In this document: one piece after another, positions 30,543-43,103 of the stretch
Position numbering within the stretch: position 1 is the stretch's first letter
Layout of the letters: each line of letters starts with the position of its first letter
Origin: an uncultured Clostridia bacterium
Lineage (GTDB): Bacteria > Bacillota > Clostridia > TANB77 > CAG-508
Direction of reading: 5' to 3'
NCBI GenBank assembly: GCA_934168355.1
Contig: CAKPNI010000004.1
Location: forward strand, 730-64,729
DNA: 64,000 bases
Notes under the pieces: model-generated
The model's database searches: none
What the model was told of the DNA's origin: nothing
What the model saw: the letters and a program-made list of their open reading frames with translations, nothing else
Position numbers and translations under genes: made by a program

Positions 30543-31766
30543 ATGGTATTAGGTATTATTGCTGAATATAATCCATTTCATAATGGACATTTATATCATA
30601 TTTTAAAATCTAAAGAACTCACAAAAGATGATTATGTAATAGCAATTATTGGTGGAAACTTTACCCAACGTGGTGAAAGTTCTATTGTAGATAAATGGAC
30701 AAAAGCTGAAATGGCATTAGCAGGCGGTGTTGACTTAGTTATTGAACTTCCTACTTTGTATTCTATATCAAGTGCAGAAAATTTTGCTGATGGTGCCATA
30801 AAAATCTTAAATTCGTTAAAAATTGTTGACCATATCTCTTTTGGCGCCGAATGCCAAGAGCTTAATAAATTAAATATAATTGCAAATGTTTTATATGAAG
30901 AACCTAAAGAATTTAAAGCATTTTTAACTGACGAATTATCTAAAGGAATCTCTTTTCCTAAAGCAAGAGAAAATGCTATTTTAAGCTATTTGCAAGATTT
31001 TTCTTACAAGAATATTTTATCAGAACCTAATAACATTTTAGGAATTGAATATTTAAAAGCTTTGAAAAAATATCGTTCTAAAATAAAACCTGTTTTAGTT
31101 CCAAGAAAATCTTCTGGGCATTTAACAACAGATTATACAGGTTCTATTAGTAGCAGTACCGCTATTAGAAATATGCTTAAAACTGGTAAAACCGCTTATC
31201 TTAAAGATGCTCTTACTCCTAGTTCTTATACTATTTTGAAAGATGAAATTAACAAAGGTCATTTTGTTGTTGATTTTTCTAAGTTTGAAAAAATTGCTTT
31301 ATATAATTTGCGTCTAATGAGTTTAGATGATATCAAAAAACTCCCTGATGTTTCTGAGGGGCTTGAACATTTGATTAAAAGAGCTGCTCTTTCTTGTAAT
31401 ACTTTTGATGATTTTATTAATATTGTTTGCTCTAAAAGATATACTAAGACTAGAATTAGAAGAATTCTTTTGTATTCTATTTTGGGAATTACTAGAAAGG
31501 ATATTGATATTTCTAAAAAGATAATTCCTTATGTTAGAGTTCTAGGCTTTAATGATAAGGGGAAAAATTTGGTAAGTAAGATTAAACATAAAAATCCAAG
31601 TGCTAAAATTGTTACTTCTGTTAAGAAATTTGTTGATGGTAACGGAAATAAGAATTTGCAAGTTTTGATGAATAAGGATATTTGGGCTACTAATGTTTAT
31701 ACTTTAGGATTCGAATGTGATTCTTGGGGGAATTTGGATTTTAGTAGGAAAATTGTTGTAAAATAA
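30543..31766 (+). CDS. tmcAL: tRNA(Met) cytidine acetate ligase (TmcAL / UPF0348 nucleotidyltransferase)
   Basis: GIIAEYNPFHNGHLYHI.., GGNFTQRGE, NILGIEYLKAL. Confidence 0.8.
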   Translation: MVLGIIAEYNPFHNGHLYHILKSKELTKDDYVIAIIGGNFTQRGESSIVDKWTKAEMALAGGVDLVIELPTLYSISSAENFADGAIKILNSLKIVDHISFGAECQELNKLNIIANVLYEEPKEFKAFLTDELSKGISFPKARENAILSYLQDFSYKNILSEPNNILGIEYLKALKKYRSKIKPVLVPRKSSGHLTTDYTGSISSSTAIRNMLKTGKTAYLKDALTPSSYTILKDEINKGHFVVDFSKFEKIALYNLRLMSLDDIKKLPDVSEGLEHLIKRAALSCNTFDDFINIVCSKRYTKTRIRRILLYSILGITRKDIDISKKIIPYVRVLGFNDKGKNLVSKIKHKNPSAKIVTSVKKFVDGNGNKNLQVLMNKDIWATNVYTLGFECDSWGNLDFSRKIVVK

Positions 31767-31798
31767 AAAATCGGTATAATAACTAATACCGATTTTTT
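31765..31798. terminator. bidirectional Rho-independent terminator
   Basis: aaaaaatcggtat / ataccgatttttt, between convergent tmcAL and rnr. Confidence 0.8.
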
Positions 31799-31801
31799 AT
31801 T

Positions 31802-33922
31802 TTAGTCTACAATCTCAAAATCTACCTGTCTAAGCTCCTTACTTGCATCCTTAACTCTAATTTTAACAATATCACCAATCTTAAAAGTTTTTTTGCTATT
31901 TTCCCCAACTAAAATCTTTCTATCTTGGTCATAAATAAAATACTCATTTCCCATATCTCTAAAGCCAACTAAGCCCTCAACTGTATTTTCCAATTCAACA
32001 AACATACCAAAAGATGTAATGCTAGATACAACACCTTCATATTCTTCTCCAATATGTTTTTCCATAAATTCTGCTTTCTTAATTTTATCTGCTTCTCTTT
32101 CTGTTTTAGTTGCAACTTTCTCTCTTTCAGAAGAATTAATTGCTGCTTGATTTGCAAGTACTTTATACTTTTCTATGAAGTCATTATCCACATCATATCC
32201 ACAATCTAGGTAATGTGAAATAACTCTGTGTATAAATAAGTCTGGATATCTTCTAATAGGTGATGTAAAATGACAATAGTATTTACTTGCAATACCAAAA
32301 TGTCCCATATTTTCATCACTATATCTTGCAAGCTTTAAAGTCCTAAGTAGTAAATTTGACACGACTCTCTCTTCTTCTTTTCCTTTTACCTCATCTAAAA
32401 CCATTGCAAATGCTTTTGAATGAATTTTGTCTTTGTTTGCTTTTATTTTTAAATTCATATTATATAAAAATTTATTAGCTTCTTTTATTTTATCAATATC
32501 TGGTTCTTCGTGTATTCTGTATATAAAAGGTGCATTTAACCAATAAAATTTTTCTGCTATTGTTTCATTTGCTGTAAGCATAAATTGCTCTATTATTTCG
32601 TTTGAAAAATGTGTTTCATATTTATGAACATCAATTGCCCATCCGTCTTGGTCTAGCTCGATTTTACTTTCTGGTAAATCTAAGTTTATATACCCCTTTT
32701 CTAGCCTTCTTGCCTTTATAATATTTGCAAGCTCTGCCATTAATTCAAATTCTGGAATATATTTTTCATATCTTTTTAGAACTTTTTCATCAGATTTATC
32801 TAGTATTTTTTGAACATCGTTATAGTTCATTCTTTCTGTAACTCTTATTAATCCTTTATATACCTTAGAATCAACAACTTCTCCTTTATTGTTTATAACC
32901 ATTGAACAACTTAATGTAAATCTATCTTCATTCATATTAAGACTGCAAATTCCATTTGAAAGTTCTCTTGGAAGCATTGGTATAACTCGTCCTAGCATAT
33001 AGATACTTGTTCCCCTTAAATATGCCTCTTTATCTAAAAGTGAATCTGGTTTTACATATTCGCTTACATCTGCTATATGAACTTCTAACAAATAATTTCC
33101 GTCTTGCAATTTTTCTACTCTAACTGCGTCATCTAAGTCTTTTGCATCCTCTCCATCTATTGTAAAAATCTCTTTATCTCTTAAATCAACTCTACCGTTT
33201 ATTTTGTTTTTATCTATTTTATCTCCTTTACTTTTAGCCTCATTTACAACTTCTTCTGGAAAAACTGATGGCAAACCATATTCTTTTATTAATGATAACA
33301 TATCTACTCCAGCTTCGTTTGGTCTGCCTAAAACTTCCAAAATCTTTCCCTCAGCATGTTTTTTTCCATCTGGATATTTAGTAATTTCTACTAAAACTTT
33401 GTGTCCATTTCTTGCTTTTCCTATATTTGATTTAGATATAAATATATCTGTTCCAAAACTCTTATCATCTGGAACTACAAATCCAAAATTCCTATTAAAT
33501 TCAAAGGTTCCCACAACTGTATTTTTAGCATGTTTTACTACTTTTATAACTTTTCCTTCTTGGTTTTTGCCTTTATTTCCTTCATCTATAATTTTAATTA
33601 TTACTTTATCTCCATTAAATGCTTTATTTGAGTTTTGTTTTGAAATATATATTTCCTCTTCTTCTCCATCTATTTTTACAAATCCGAATCCTTTACTGTT
33701 TCTTCTATATATTCCCTCTAAAATCTTCTCATCATTTATTCTATATCTATTTTTTCTGTTTTTTACTATTTTTAGGTCTGATTCTAATTTATTTAATACT
33801 TCTATTAATTCATTATATCTGTCTTTTGAAATATTTAAGACCATTGCCATTTCTTTTGCTTTCATTGGCACATAATCTTCATCTTTCATAAAGTTTAAAA
33901 TCATCTCTTCTTTTTCATTCAT
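31802..33922 (-). CDS. rnr: ribonuclease R
   Basis: 706 aa with cold-shock/OB, RNB (DGEDAKDLDDAV) and C-terminal S1 (EYEGVVSSITSFGMFVEL) domains. Confidence 0.92.
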   Translation of the reverse strand: MNEKEEMILNFMKDEDYVPMKAKEMAMVLNISKDRYNELIEVLNKLESDLKIVKNRKNRYRINDEKILEGIYRRNSKGFGFVKIDGEEEEIYISKQNSNKAFNGDKVIIKIIDEGNKGKNQEGKVIKVVKHAKNTVVGTFEFNRNFGFVVPDDKSFGTDIFISKSNIGKARNGHKVLVEITKYPDGKKHAEGKILEVLGRPNEAGVDMLSLIKEYGLPSVFPEEVVNEAKSKGDKIDKNKINGRVDLRDKEIFTIDGEDAKDLDDAVRVEKLQDGNYLLEVHIADVSEYVKPDSLLDKEAYLRGTSIYMLGRVIPMLPRELSNGICSLNMNEDRFTLSCSMVINNKGEVVDSKVYKGLIRVTERMNYNDVQKILDKSDEKVLKRYEKYIPEFELMAELANIIKARRLEKGYINLDLPESKIELDQDGWAIDVHKYETHFSNEIIEQFMLTANETIAEKFYWLNAPFIYRIHEEPDIDKIKEANKFLYNMNLKIKANKDKIHSKAFAMVLDEVKGKEEERVVSNLLLRTLKLARYSDENMGHFGIASKYYCHFTSPIRRYPDLFIHRVISHYLDCGYDVDNDFIEKYKVLANQAAINSSEREKVATKTEREADKIKKAEFMEKHIGEEYEGVVSSITSFGMFVELENTVEGLVGFRDMGNEYFIYDQDRKILVGENSKKTFKIGDIVKIRVKDASKELRQVDFEIVD

Positions 33923-34063
33923 AAATTTTTCTCCATTTCTTGTGTTTATTGTTACACTATTTATGATTTTTATTTATTTTACTACATTTTTTTGCAAAAA
34001 TAAACAGTTTTCCGTTTTTTATGGTATACTATTTGTATATAATAAAAAAAGGGGGTGATTTAT

Positions 34064-34591
34064 TTGCAAAAAAAGATTAACTTTTTACCGTTTTTTAGCG
34101 GCTTCATAAATATATTTTTGATTTTATTTATGTTATATTTTGTTTTTAATAATTTTCAAACACCAATAGATTCTAATACTACAAATGAAGTCGGAGATTA
34201 TACTTATGGCTATGTACTACCTGTAAAAATGTTTTTGAGCTTTTTCTATATGTCTTCACTTATTTTTACTTTAGTGGCTTCAGTTGGTATAATTCTTATA
34301 TCTATCGCTATATTTATATTTTCTCTTCAGGCTAGATTAACATTAACCGGAAATTTAGATTGCAAAAAGTATAAAACTTTTAAAGTATTTATAATTATTT
34401 CTGATATATTATCTATTATAAATATTTACTTTATATTTAAATTTCATAATACATTCTTGTTGCCATTTTCGAATAATATATATACAATCATAACATATAC
34501 AATAATGGCCTTGCTTTTTATTTTTATAGTTTACAGTATTTACTTAATTTTCATTTATAGATATTTAAATAACACTAAAAAAGACAATTAA
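34064..34591 (+). CDS. hypothetical membrane protein
   Basis: ORF track 34055..34591. TTG at 34064 follows RBS aaaggggg. Several TM segments. Confidence 0.45.
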   Translation: MQKKINFLPFFSGFINIFLILFMLYFVFNNFQTPIDSNTTNEVGDYTYGYVLPVKMFLSFFYMSSLIFTLVASVGIILISIAIFIFSLQARLTLTGNLDCKKYKTFKVFIIISDILSIINIYFIFKFHNTFLLPFSNNIYTIITYTIMALLFIFIVYSIYLIFIYRYLNNTKKDN

Positions 34592-34640
34592 TATATTATT
34601 GTAATATAATTAAATATTTCTATTTTTGAAAATAAGATTG

Positions 34641-34677
34641 AGCAATCTCCTACTTCAAGAGATTGCTCGTTTTTTAT
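34641..34677. terminator. Rho-independent terminator
   Basis: gagcaatctc / gagattgctc, followed by gttttttat. Confidence 0.7.
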
Positions 34678-34713
34678 CCTTTATTCTTAATGAATCCTTA
34701 TTTAATTCTATTC

Positions 34714-35877
34714 TTATCCAAACAACCCGCGTTTCTTCACTGGTGGTTGCTCATTCATAGTTTTAGCAAGTTCAATCATAAGTTCCCTTTGTTCTTTAGT
34801 AAGCTTTCTTGGAGTCTGAACAACAACTCTAAAAATAAAATTACCCTGAGCAGTAGAATTTAAACTCTTAAATCCTTTGGCACGAATAGTAAATTGAGTA
34901 CCGGTTTGAGTTCCATCAGGCATTCTGTAAACTTCTTTAGTTCCATCTACCATTGGAATTTCAAGTTCAGCTCCTAATGTTGCTTGTGTAATTGTAACAG
35001 GAATATCGCAGTATACATTATTTCCATCTCTTTTATAAATACTACTTTTTCTAACCCTAACAGTTATGTATAAATCTCCTGCAGGTCCACCTTTTATTCC
35101 CGGATTTCCTTGACCTCTTAATACCACTGTTTGGTTATCATTTATTCCTGCTGGAATTTTAACTTTAACCTTTGGCGTTTTTCTAACAGTTCCTTTTCCA
35201 TGACAATGTTCACAAGGCTCTTTTATAATTTCACCTGTTCCCCTACATTCTGAGCAAGGTCTTGTAGTTTGAACTCTTCCTAATATTGTATTTTGGAAAC
35301 TTGTTACATTACCTGTACCATTACATGTTGGACATTTTATTGGACTTGTTCCTTTTTTAGCTCCTGTTCCATTACATTCTGTACAAGTTTCTTGTCTATT
35401 AACTATAATTTCTTTTTCTGTTCCTAAAAAAGACTCCTCAAAAGTTATTTCTATACTTATATTTAAATCTTCACCTTTACGAGGTCCATTATTTCTTCTC
35501 GAATTTGCTCTTTGACCTCCAAATCCTCCGCCAAAGAATGATGAGAATATATCTCCTAAATCACCGAAATCACCAAAATCTGATGATGTATATGAATAAT
35601 ATCCATTTCCACCACCAAATGGTCCTCCTGCGCCAAATCCTGCTCCACTTGGGTCTGCTGTTCCAAATTGGTCATACATTTTTCTTTTTTGTGGATTTGA
35701 TAATACTTCATATGCTTCATTTACTTCCTTGAACTTAGCTTCTGCTGCTTCTCTATTATCCGGGTTTGCATCAGGGTGATATTTTTTTGCCATTTTTCTA
35801 TATGCTTTTTTTAGTTCGTCATCTGTTGCATTTTTACTTACTCCTAATAATTCGTAGTAATCTTTTTTTTCTGCCAC
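34714..35877 (-). CDS. dnaJ: molecular chaperone DnaJ
   Basis: J-domain [16 protein letters not shown] region, four CxxCxG zinc motifs. GTG start after RBS ggaggtg. Confidence 0.93.
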   Translation of the reverse strand: MAEKKDYYELLGVSKNATDDELKKAYRKMAKKYHPDANPDNREAAEAKFKEVNEAYEVLSNPQKRKMYDQFGTADPSGAGFGAGGPFGGGNGYYSYTSSDFGDFGDLGDIFSSFFGGGFGGQRANSRRNNGPRKGEDLNISIEITFEESFLGTEKEIIVNRQETCTECNGTGAKKGTSPIKCPTCNGTGNVTSFQNTILGRVQTTRPCSECRGTGEIIKEPCEHCHGKGTVRKTPKVKVKIPAGINDNQTVVLRGQGNPGIKGGPAGDLYITVRVRKSSIYKRDGNNVYCDIPVTITQATLGAELEIPMVDGTKEVYRMPDGTQTGTQFTIRAKGFKSLNSTAQGNFIFRVVVQTPRKLTKEQRELMIELAKTMNEQPPVKKRGLFG

Positions 35878-35964
35878 CTTTTTCACCTCCAACTAATTTT
35901 TCGTCCTTTATCAAAGTTTGAGGTTGGACATTTTTGTTTCCAACCTCTTTTAACTTTTTTACAA

Positions 35965-37830
<1,866 letters not shown>

Positions 37831-37869
37831 TTATAATGGGGTTCTTTATTTTGCCCCTTTTTATATTTA

Positions 37870-38364
37870 TTAATTATTAACTACTACCATTGAATGTCTT
37901 AATACCTTGCTTCCTAATTTGTATCCTTTTCTGTATTCTTGTACTATTTCTTGGCTTTGTTTGCTTTCGTCTTGTACACTTCCTACTGCATCATGTAAAC
38001 TTGGATCAAATATTTGTCCCTCTGTTGGTATTTCTTCGACATTGTGTTTATTTAAAAATTCTTTGAATTGTTTTTCTACAAGTTGAACTCCCTGTTTGTA
38101 TTGTTCATCTTTACTTTCTGCTTTTACCGCATTTTCTAAGTTGTCTATTGCAGGTAACATTCCTGTTATTATATCCCCTAAAACAGAATTATATAAGCTT
38201 TCTCTTTCTTTTTGACTTCTTTTTTTGAAGTTTTCAAATTCTGCTAGGACTCTTTTATATCTATCATTTAATTCATCGTATTCTTCATTTGAATGTAATA
38301 CTTTTTCTTGATTTTCTTTTATCTCTATATTTTCTACTTCTTCAGTATTTTCTTTTTCTGCCAC
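37870..38364 (-). CDS. grpE: nucleotide exchange factor GrpE
   Basis: ..RYKRVLAEFENFKKR..GYKLGSKVLRHSMVVV. GTG at 38364 (RBS agaaggga) is preferred because the TTG at 38406 lies inside CIRCE. Confidence 0.85.
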   Translation of the reverse strand: MAEKENTEEVENIEIKENQEKVLHSNEEYDELNDRYKRVLAEFENFKKRSQKERESLYNSVLGDIITGMLPAIDNLENAVKAESKDEQYKQGVQLVEKQFKEFLNKHNVEEIPTEGQIFDPSLHDAVGSVQDESKQSQEIVQEYRKGYKLGSKVLRHSMVVVNN

Positions 38365-38395
38365 TTTTATCCCTTCTTTCTTTTTTAGTGTTATT

Positions 38396-38422
38396 TTAGC
38401 ACTCAAAAGTAAAGTTTGCTAA
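38396..38422. promoter_or_regulatory. CIRCE operator (HrcA binding site)
   Basis: TTAGCACTC-aaaagtaaa-GTTTGCTAA versus the consensus TTAGCACTC-N9-GAGTGCTAA (2 mismatches). Confidence 0.8.
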
Positions 38423-38432
38423 ATTCTTGTAT

Positions 38433-38461
38433 ATAATATACTTTTTTTTAGCAGTTGTCAA
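38433..38461 (-). promoter_or_regulatory. sigma-A-type promoter for grpE-dnaK-dnaJ
   Basis: Minus strand TTGACA-N17-TATTAT immediately upstream of CIRCE. Confidence 0.65.
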
Positions 38462-38583
38462 GTATTTTTGCTAATTTTTATTTAAAATTTATTTTTGGAC
38501 TAATGAAAAAAAGCCCTGCTCAATGCAAGACTTTTTAATACTAATTTATTTTTTCATCTCTTACCATTTAACAAAATACATAA

Positions 38584-38937
38584 CTATATCCCCATTTTCT
38601 TCATTCTTAAATCAGTATTCAACTTTAAAATTCTTTTATCAACATAATTTATCCTATCCAACACTGCTTTTTCAACTTCATTTAATTCTTCTAAGCTCAT
38701 TTCATCTAAAATGTTTAAATCTTTCCTTATAGAATTTATTAGCTTTAATCCTTTTTTATCTTCCCTAAAGGATATATACTCATTAAACTTTTCTTTTTGA
38801 TTTGATATATTCTTTGTACTTGGTATAGTTTGTTTTATTTCTACCTCTGTCTTTTTATTAAAAATAGAACTAAAAAAATTCTTTATTTTTGAAAATATGT
38901 TTTCCTTATAAACTATAATTTCTTTTTTATCTTCCAT
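38584..38937 (-). CDS. hypothetical K/E-rich protein
   Basis: ATG (MEDKKEII) overlaps the stop of the upstream ORF. RBS ggagg. Confidence 0.45.
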   Translation of the reverse strand: MEDKKEIIVYKENIFSKIKNFFSSIFNKKTEVEIKQTIPSTKNISNQKEKFNEYISFREDKKGLKLINSIRKDLNILDEMSLEELNEVEKAVLDRINYVDKRILKLNTDLRMKKMGI

Positions 38938-39415
38938 TTTCTTTTTCCTCCGTGCTCTTTTCTTCACTATTTTCTTTATCAATAGTTTTAACCTCGTTAT
39001 CTAACCTTATCATTTCTTCTTCCTTCAAATCCAAGATGTTTAAATATTCTTTTATTCTTTGCCTTTTAGTTTCCTTTTCATCTAAATCCCCCTCTTGCTG
39101 AGGTGTTTGAAAGCTTTTCATATCATCATCTAAACGTTCTCTATTTTCCTTTTCAATATCATCTTGAGTTTTCACTTTAACATCTTGTCTTATTTTGGAA
39201 TAATCTTCATTGGTTAATTCCTCTTGGTTTAATTCCTCTATGACATTATCAATAAGTGTTCTTCTTTCTTCTTTTTGTTCTGGTGTTTGGAATTTTGGTG
39301 CCGAGCTGTTTTTTTTCTCATCTTTATTTTCTTCACTCCATTTTTCATACTCTTCTTTTGTAACTCTCACAACCTCGCCATATTCATTTATAATAAAATT
39401 TTTTTCTTCTCTCAT
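38927..39415 (-). CDS. hypothetical acidic/K-E-rich protein
   Basis: ORF track only. Confidence 0.45.
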   Translation of the reverse strand: MREEKNFIINEYGEVVRVTKEEYEKWSEENKDEKKNSSAPKFQTPEQKEERRTLIDNVIEELNQEELTNEDYSKIRQDVKVKTQDDIEKENRERLDDDMKSFQTPQQEGDLDEKETKRQRIKEYLNILDLKEEEMIRLDNEVKTIDKENSEEKSTEEKENGR

Positions 39416-39461
39416 TTTTTTCTCCTCTATATTTTTTTATTATTAATATTGTGTTAGTTAT

Positions 39462-39490
39462 ATTCTATATTTTATTCATTTTATTGTCAA
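39462..39490 (-). promoter_or_regulatory. possible sigma-A-type promoter
   Basis: Minus strand TTGACA-N17-TAGAAT upstream of ORF 38927..39415. Confidence 0.45.
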
Positions 39491-39739
39491 CAAATTTTAT
39501 AATGTTTTCTGTGATTCGTAATAAAATTTTAAAAAATGTAGAGTAGGTTTCAAAATAGATATCATTACGAATTGCAGTTATGTTTTTTATACATTTTTGT
39601 TATTGAATTTGTATCAAAAAGATGCGTTTTCTAATATTTTTAATACAAATTCTATAACTTTACAAATACAATTAAACATTATCTATTATTTGTAAATTAT
39701 TTTTTTCATAAAAAATAAAGCCTTGCCTAACACAAGACT

Positions 39740-40753
39740 TTATTCCTTATTCTCCTCATTCAATTTCTTACTAATATACTTCATAACAGAAATAACCTTA
39801 GAATAATCCATTCTCTTAGGACCAATAATACCAATAGTACCCATATCCTTATTACCAATCTTATGCTTAAAAGTAACAACACTAAAATCCTTAAGTTGTT
39901 CCTTCTCATCCTCTCCACCGATATAAACATTAATATCTTCAGCAAAACCAGAATTAAGCATATCTGCAATAAGTTCCTTTTCATCTAAAATATTCATAAA
40001 ATTCTTAGCAACCTGAAGAGAATTAAATTCTGGCAAATCTAATTCTTTTCTAGCGCCTTGAAGATGAATTTCAGTTTCCTCAAATAAAACCTTCTTAATT
40101 TGAGTAATTATAGGCTTAATTACTCCAACCATGCCTTTCATCTCATTATACAAATAATCTTCCAAAGGCTGGTTTATAGTTTCAATTGGTTTACCTTTAA
40201 GTTTATTATTAAACATATAATTTATAGTTTCAACTTGTTTTTCAGTAACATCTTCATCAAATTTTATAATAGTTTCTTTAACCATTCCTGTATCTGTCAT
40301 AATAACCGCCAAAATCATTCTTGAGCCTAATAATACAAATTTAATTTCCTTAATAATTTGTTCATCCGTTTTTGGTCCTATTGTAACAGTAGTATAATGA
40401 GTTATTTCAGAAATAGTACTAGCCGTTATTTTAGTTAAATCTTCAATTTCATTAACCTTTGTTTCAAGCTTATCGCTTATGTATTTAACTTCTTCTAAGC
40501 TTATGTTATCATCTTTAAGTAATTCGTCAACATAGTATCTATAACCTTTTGCTGATGGTACTCTTCCACTAGATGTATGCATTTTGTCAAGTAAGCCTTT
40601 TTTCTCAAGGTCTGCCATTTCATTTCTTATTGTTGCGCTACTGCATTCTAAGCCATATTTACTTATTAAAGCATTTGAGCTTACTGGTTCTGCAGTGTTA
40701 ATATATTCTTCAACTATTGCTTGCAAAACCTTTTTCTTTCTATCATCTAGCAT
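39740..40753 (-). CDS. hrcA: heat-inducible transcription repressor HrcA
   Basis: MLDDRKKKVLQAIVEEYINTAEPVSS..IRNEMADLE..GYRYYVD. Confidence 0.92.
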   Translation of the reverse strand: MLDDRKKKVLQAIVEEYINTAEPVSSNALISKYGLECSSATIRNEMADLEKKGLLDKMHTSSGRVPSAKGYRYYVDELLKDDNISLEEVKYISDKLETKVNEIEDLTKITASTISEITHYTTVTIGPKTDEQIIKEIKFVLLGSRMILAVIMTDTGMVKETIIKFDEDVTEKQVETINYMFNNKLKGKPIETINQPLEDYLYNEMKGMVGVIKPIITQIKKVLFEETEIHLQGARKELDLPEFNSLQVAKNFMNILDEKELIADMLNSGFAEDINVYIGGEDEKEQLKDFSVVTFKHKIGNKDMGTIGIIGPKRMDYSKVISVMKYISKKLNEENKE

Positions 40754-40769
40754 TTTCTTCCCCTCTTTT

Positions 40770-43076
40770 CTATTTTATTTCATTTAAATTAATATTTTTT
40801 ATTACAATATTTGAAAAATCATCATCTTCCTCAAATTGTAATTTGTTTATTTCTCTTGTTTTATCTTCATGTACAGTTACATTTGATAAATCCACTAAAA
40901 TTTTATTTGATAAATTCATACCAAGTGGTAATGTCATGTTTTTATTATCAAAGAATATGATATTTGTAAATGCAATATAATTTGTTCCTTTTGGTAATTT
41001 TATTTTATACAAATATAATTTATCAATATTTTTTTCTTGTTTCAAAAATTCATCTACTTCTTTTTCAGAATCAAGCGAAACTGCTTCAAATGTGTTGAAT
41101 TCTAGTTTTTCGGTGCTTGCTTTATATACATACATATCCTCTGGTAAGGAATTCTTTGTTATAGCACTTTTTAAGTCTTTTATAACTCTTTCTAGATTTC
41201 TTTTTAGTTCTAATCCTCTTGTTTCTTTTTTTACTTCAAGTATTTCAACTCTATCACGAGGTTGTTCTCTATGTGTCTTATTTCCTAATGTTCTTTCTTT
41301 GTTATTTGTTTGTCTTATTCTTCCAAAAATATTGAAAATGTCGTCATCATCCTCTTCTAGGTCTTCGCCTTTTGCTCTCGCAAGCTTAATCTTTTTTAGT
41401 TTTTCAGATATTTCTTTATTTTCGGCAAGTTTTAAATTCATTCTGTTTAAAAGTGGTAAAATATCTGTTGTTGCAATAAAGCAACTATCTAGTTCAGAGT
41501 CTGTTAGTTTGTTTCTTTGGAACTTATCTGCTTCTATTCCGAATTCTTCAAAATCATCCTCATAATTAAATACTTTTTCTAATTTTTTTACATTAAATTC
41601 TTCTTCTTCTCCCTCATCTAATGATGCAACTGCATCCTTATTTGAGTATTTCCAGAATTCGAAAATGCTCTTTTTGTGTTTATTTATCTCATCTATGTAA
41701 TTACTTGCATTTTCAATTTTCTTTTTAAGGTTTTTGTTCTTTAGTTTTAAAGCATTTATATCCATTACAATTTTGTTTGCTTCATCTTCTTTTCCTTCTA
41801 GTTCTTTAAAACTTTGTTCAAGTTCATATAAAGTATAATTTTTTTGCTCCATTTTAAATTTTTCTTGTTTATGTTTTACTTTTCTTTCTGGCTTTTCTGC
41901 TTTTTCCTCTTTTTTACTCATCTGTTTTACAGATTTACCTGAACTTGTCTTTTTTCCCCCAAACTTGAAGAAATATTTAACTTTGCCAAAAAACGTTTTT
42001 TTGCACTCTAAAAATGTTGTTATTTGTTTTTCTTTCGCCATATATTCTTCTTCTAGTGATTTTGCTTCTTTTTGTAATTTTTCTAATTTTACTTTTAATT
42101 CATCTAAATCATCAATAGTCTTATTTTTTAGGCTTACAGATTTTAGATATTGTTGCATTATAAATTCTGGTAATACCCTATATTTTACATTTGAATTATC
42201 TAAGTAAAACTCTAAACTTCCATTTTCATTAATGTTTGTACTAAATTTATAGTAACGAGGAAGTTCTGTTTGTAATATAAATAATGCTTTTACTAATTTA
42301 TAAAATTTTGCAGCTTCTTTTTCATCTTCTAACTTTACTTTATATAAAGTTTTTATTTTATCAAAAAGCTCTGTTTCTCCAATAATATTTAAACTTACAT
42401 CGTCTTTTTTGTTCCATACTTCATATATTGTAGGATAGTCTTTTGTAAATAGCCATAAGTAGTTTTCTAAATCTTTTATCTCGTCTTTTCTTAAAATTTT
42501 ACCATCATAATCTACTAAACTTACAGGAACGAATATCTTATCATTTTTCTTGTTTGCAATTTTTCTTTTTAACACATAGAAAAATGTAGAATAGTCTGTA
42601 TCATCTGTTGGAACTATCATAAAGTATTTATTAGATATTTCAGAATAATATATTTGCCACAAATAATTTCCTGTAAATTTCACTTTAAAAGGTAATTCTT
42701 TTGATAGCATCTTTTGCTCAGCTTCTACATTTTCTATTTGTGGTATGCTTACTTTATTTAACATATTTAAAAATTCGGTAAAATTCATTAAATTTTCCTC
42801 ATTTTTAGAATCTAAATAATAGCATAATGGCATTGCTTTTTCGTATTTTTCTTTTATTGTATTTATTCTGTTGGTTGGTGAAAGTAATATTTCAATATCA
42901 TTTACATTTATAAATCTATATTGCTTATATTTTTTTTCATCATATCCTCTTAAAGTCCTAAAATTTATGTCTGAATATTCTTTTAATGACTTTGGTATTT
43001 TTTCCAAATCAAGTCCAATATAATCCAACTTTTCTTTTAATTTAGAATCCACTTCTGTTTTTTTCTTTCTAGGCAA
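40770..43076 (-). CDS. large hypothetical protein (768 aa, central coiled-coil/K-E-rich region)
   Basis: ORF track. TTG start with RBS gaggaag. No family recognised. Confidence 0.5.
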   Translation of the reverse strand: MPRKKKTEVDSKLKEKLDYIGLDLEKIPKSLKEYSDINFRTLRGYDEKKYKQYRFINVNDIEILLSPTNRINTIKEKYEKAMPLCYYLDSKNEENLMNFTEFLNMLNKVSIPQIENVEAEQKMLSKELPFKVKFTGNYLWQIYYSEISNKYFMIVPTDDTDYSTFFYVLKRKIANKKNDKIFVPVSLVDYDGKILRKDEIKDLENYLWLFTKDYPTIYEVWNKKDDVSLNIIGETELFDKIKTLYKVKLEDEKEAAKFYKLVKALFILQTELPRYYKFSTNINENGSLEFYLDNSNVKYRVLPEFIMQQYLKSVSLKNKTIDDLDELKVKLEKLQKEAKSLEEEYMAKEKQITTFLECKKTFFGKVKYFFKFGGKKTSSGKSVKQMSKKEEKAEKPERKVKHKQEKFKMEQKNYTLYELEQSFKELEGKEDEANKIVMDINALKLKNKNLKKKIENASNYIDEINKHKKSIFEFWKYSNKDAVASLDEGEEEEFNVKKLEKVFNYEDDFEEFGIEADKFQRNKLTDSELDSCFIATTDILPLLNRMNLKLAENKEISEKLKKIKLARAKGEDLEEDDDDIFNIFGRIRQTNNKERTLGNKTHREQPRDRVEILEVKKETRGLELKRNLERVIKDLKSAITKNSLPEDMYVYKASTEKLEFNTFEAVSLDSEKEVDEFLKQEKNIDKLYLYKIKLPKGTNYIAFTNIIFFDNKNMTLPLGMNLSNKILVDLSNVTVHEDKTREINKLQFEEDDDFSNIVIKNINLNEIK

Positions 43077-43103
43077 TTTACATACTTCCTCTCTTTAGGT
43101 CTT

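Noticed and set aside
38406-38406. TTG at 38406 as the grpE start (ORF-track start)
   Set aside because: It lies inside the CIRCE operator. GTG at 38364 has a better RBS and gives a typical GrpE length.
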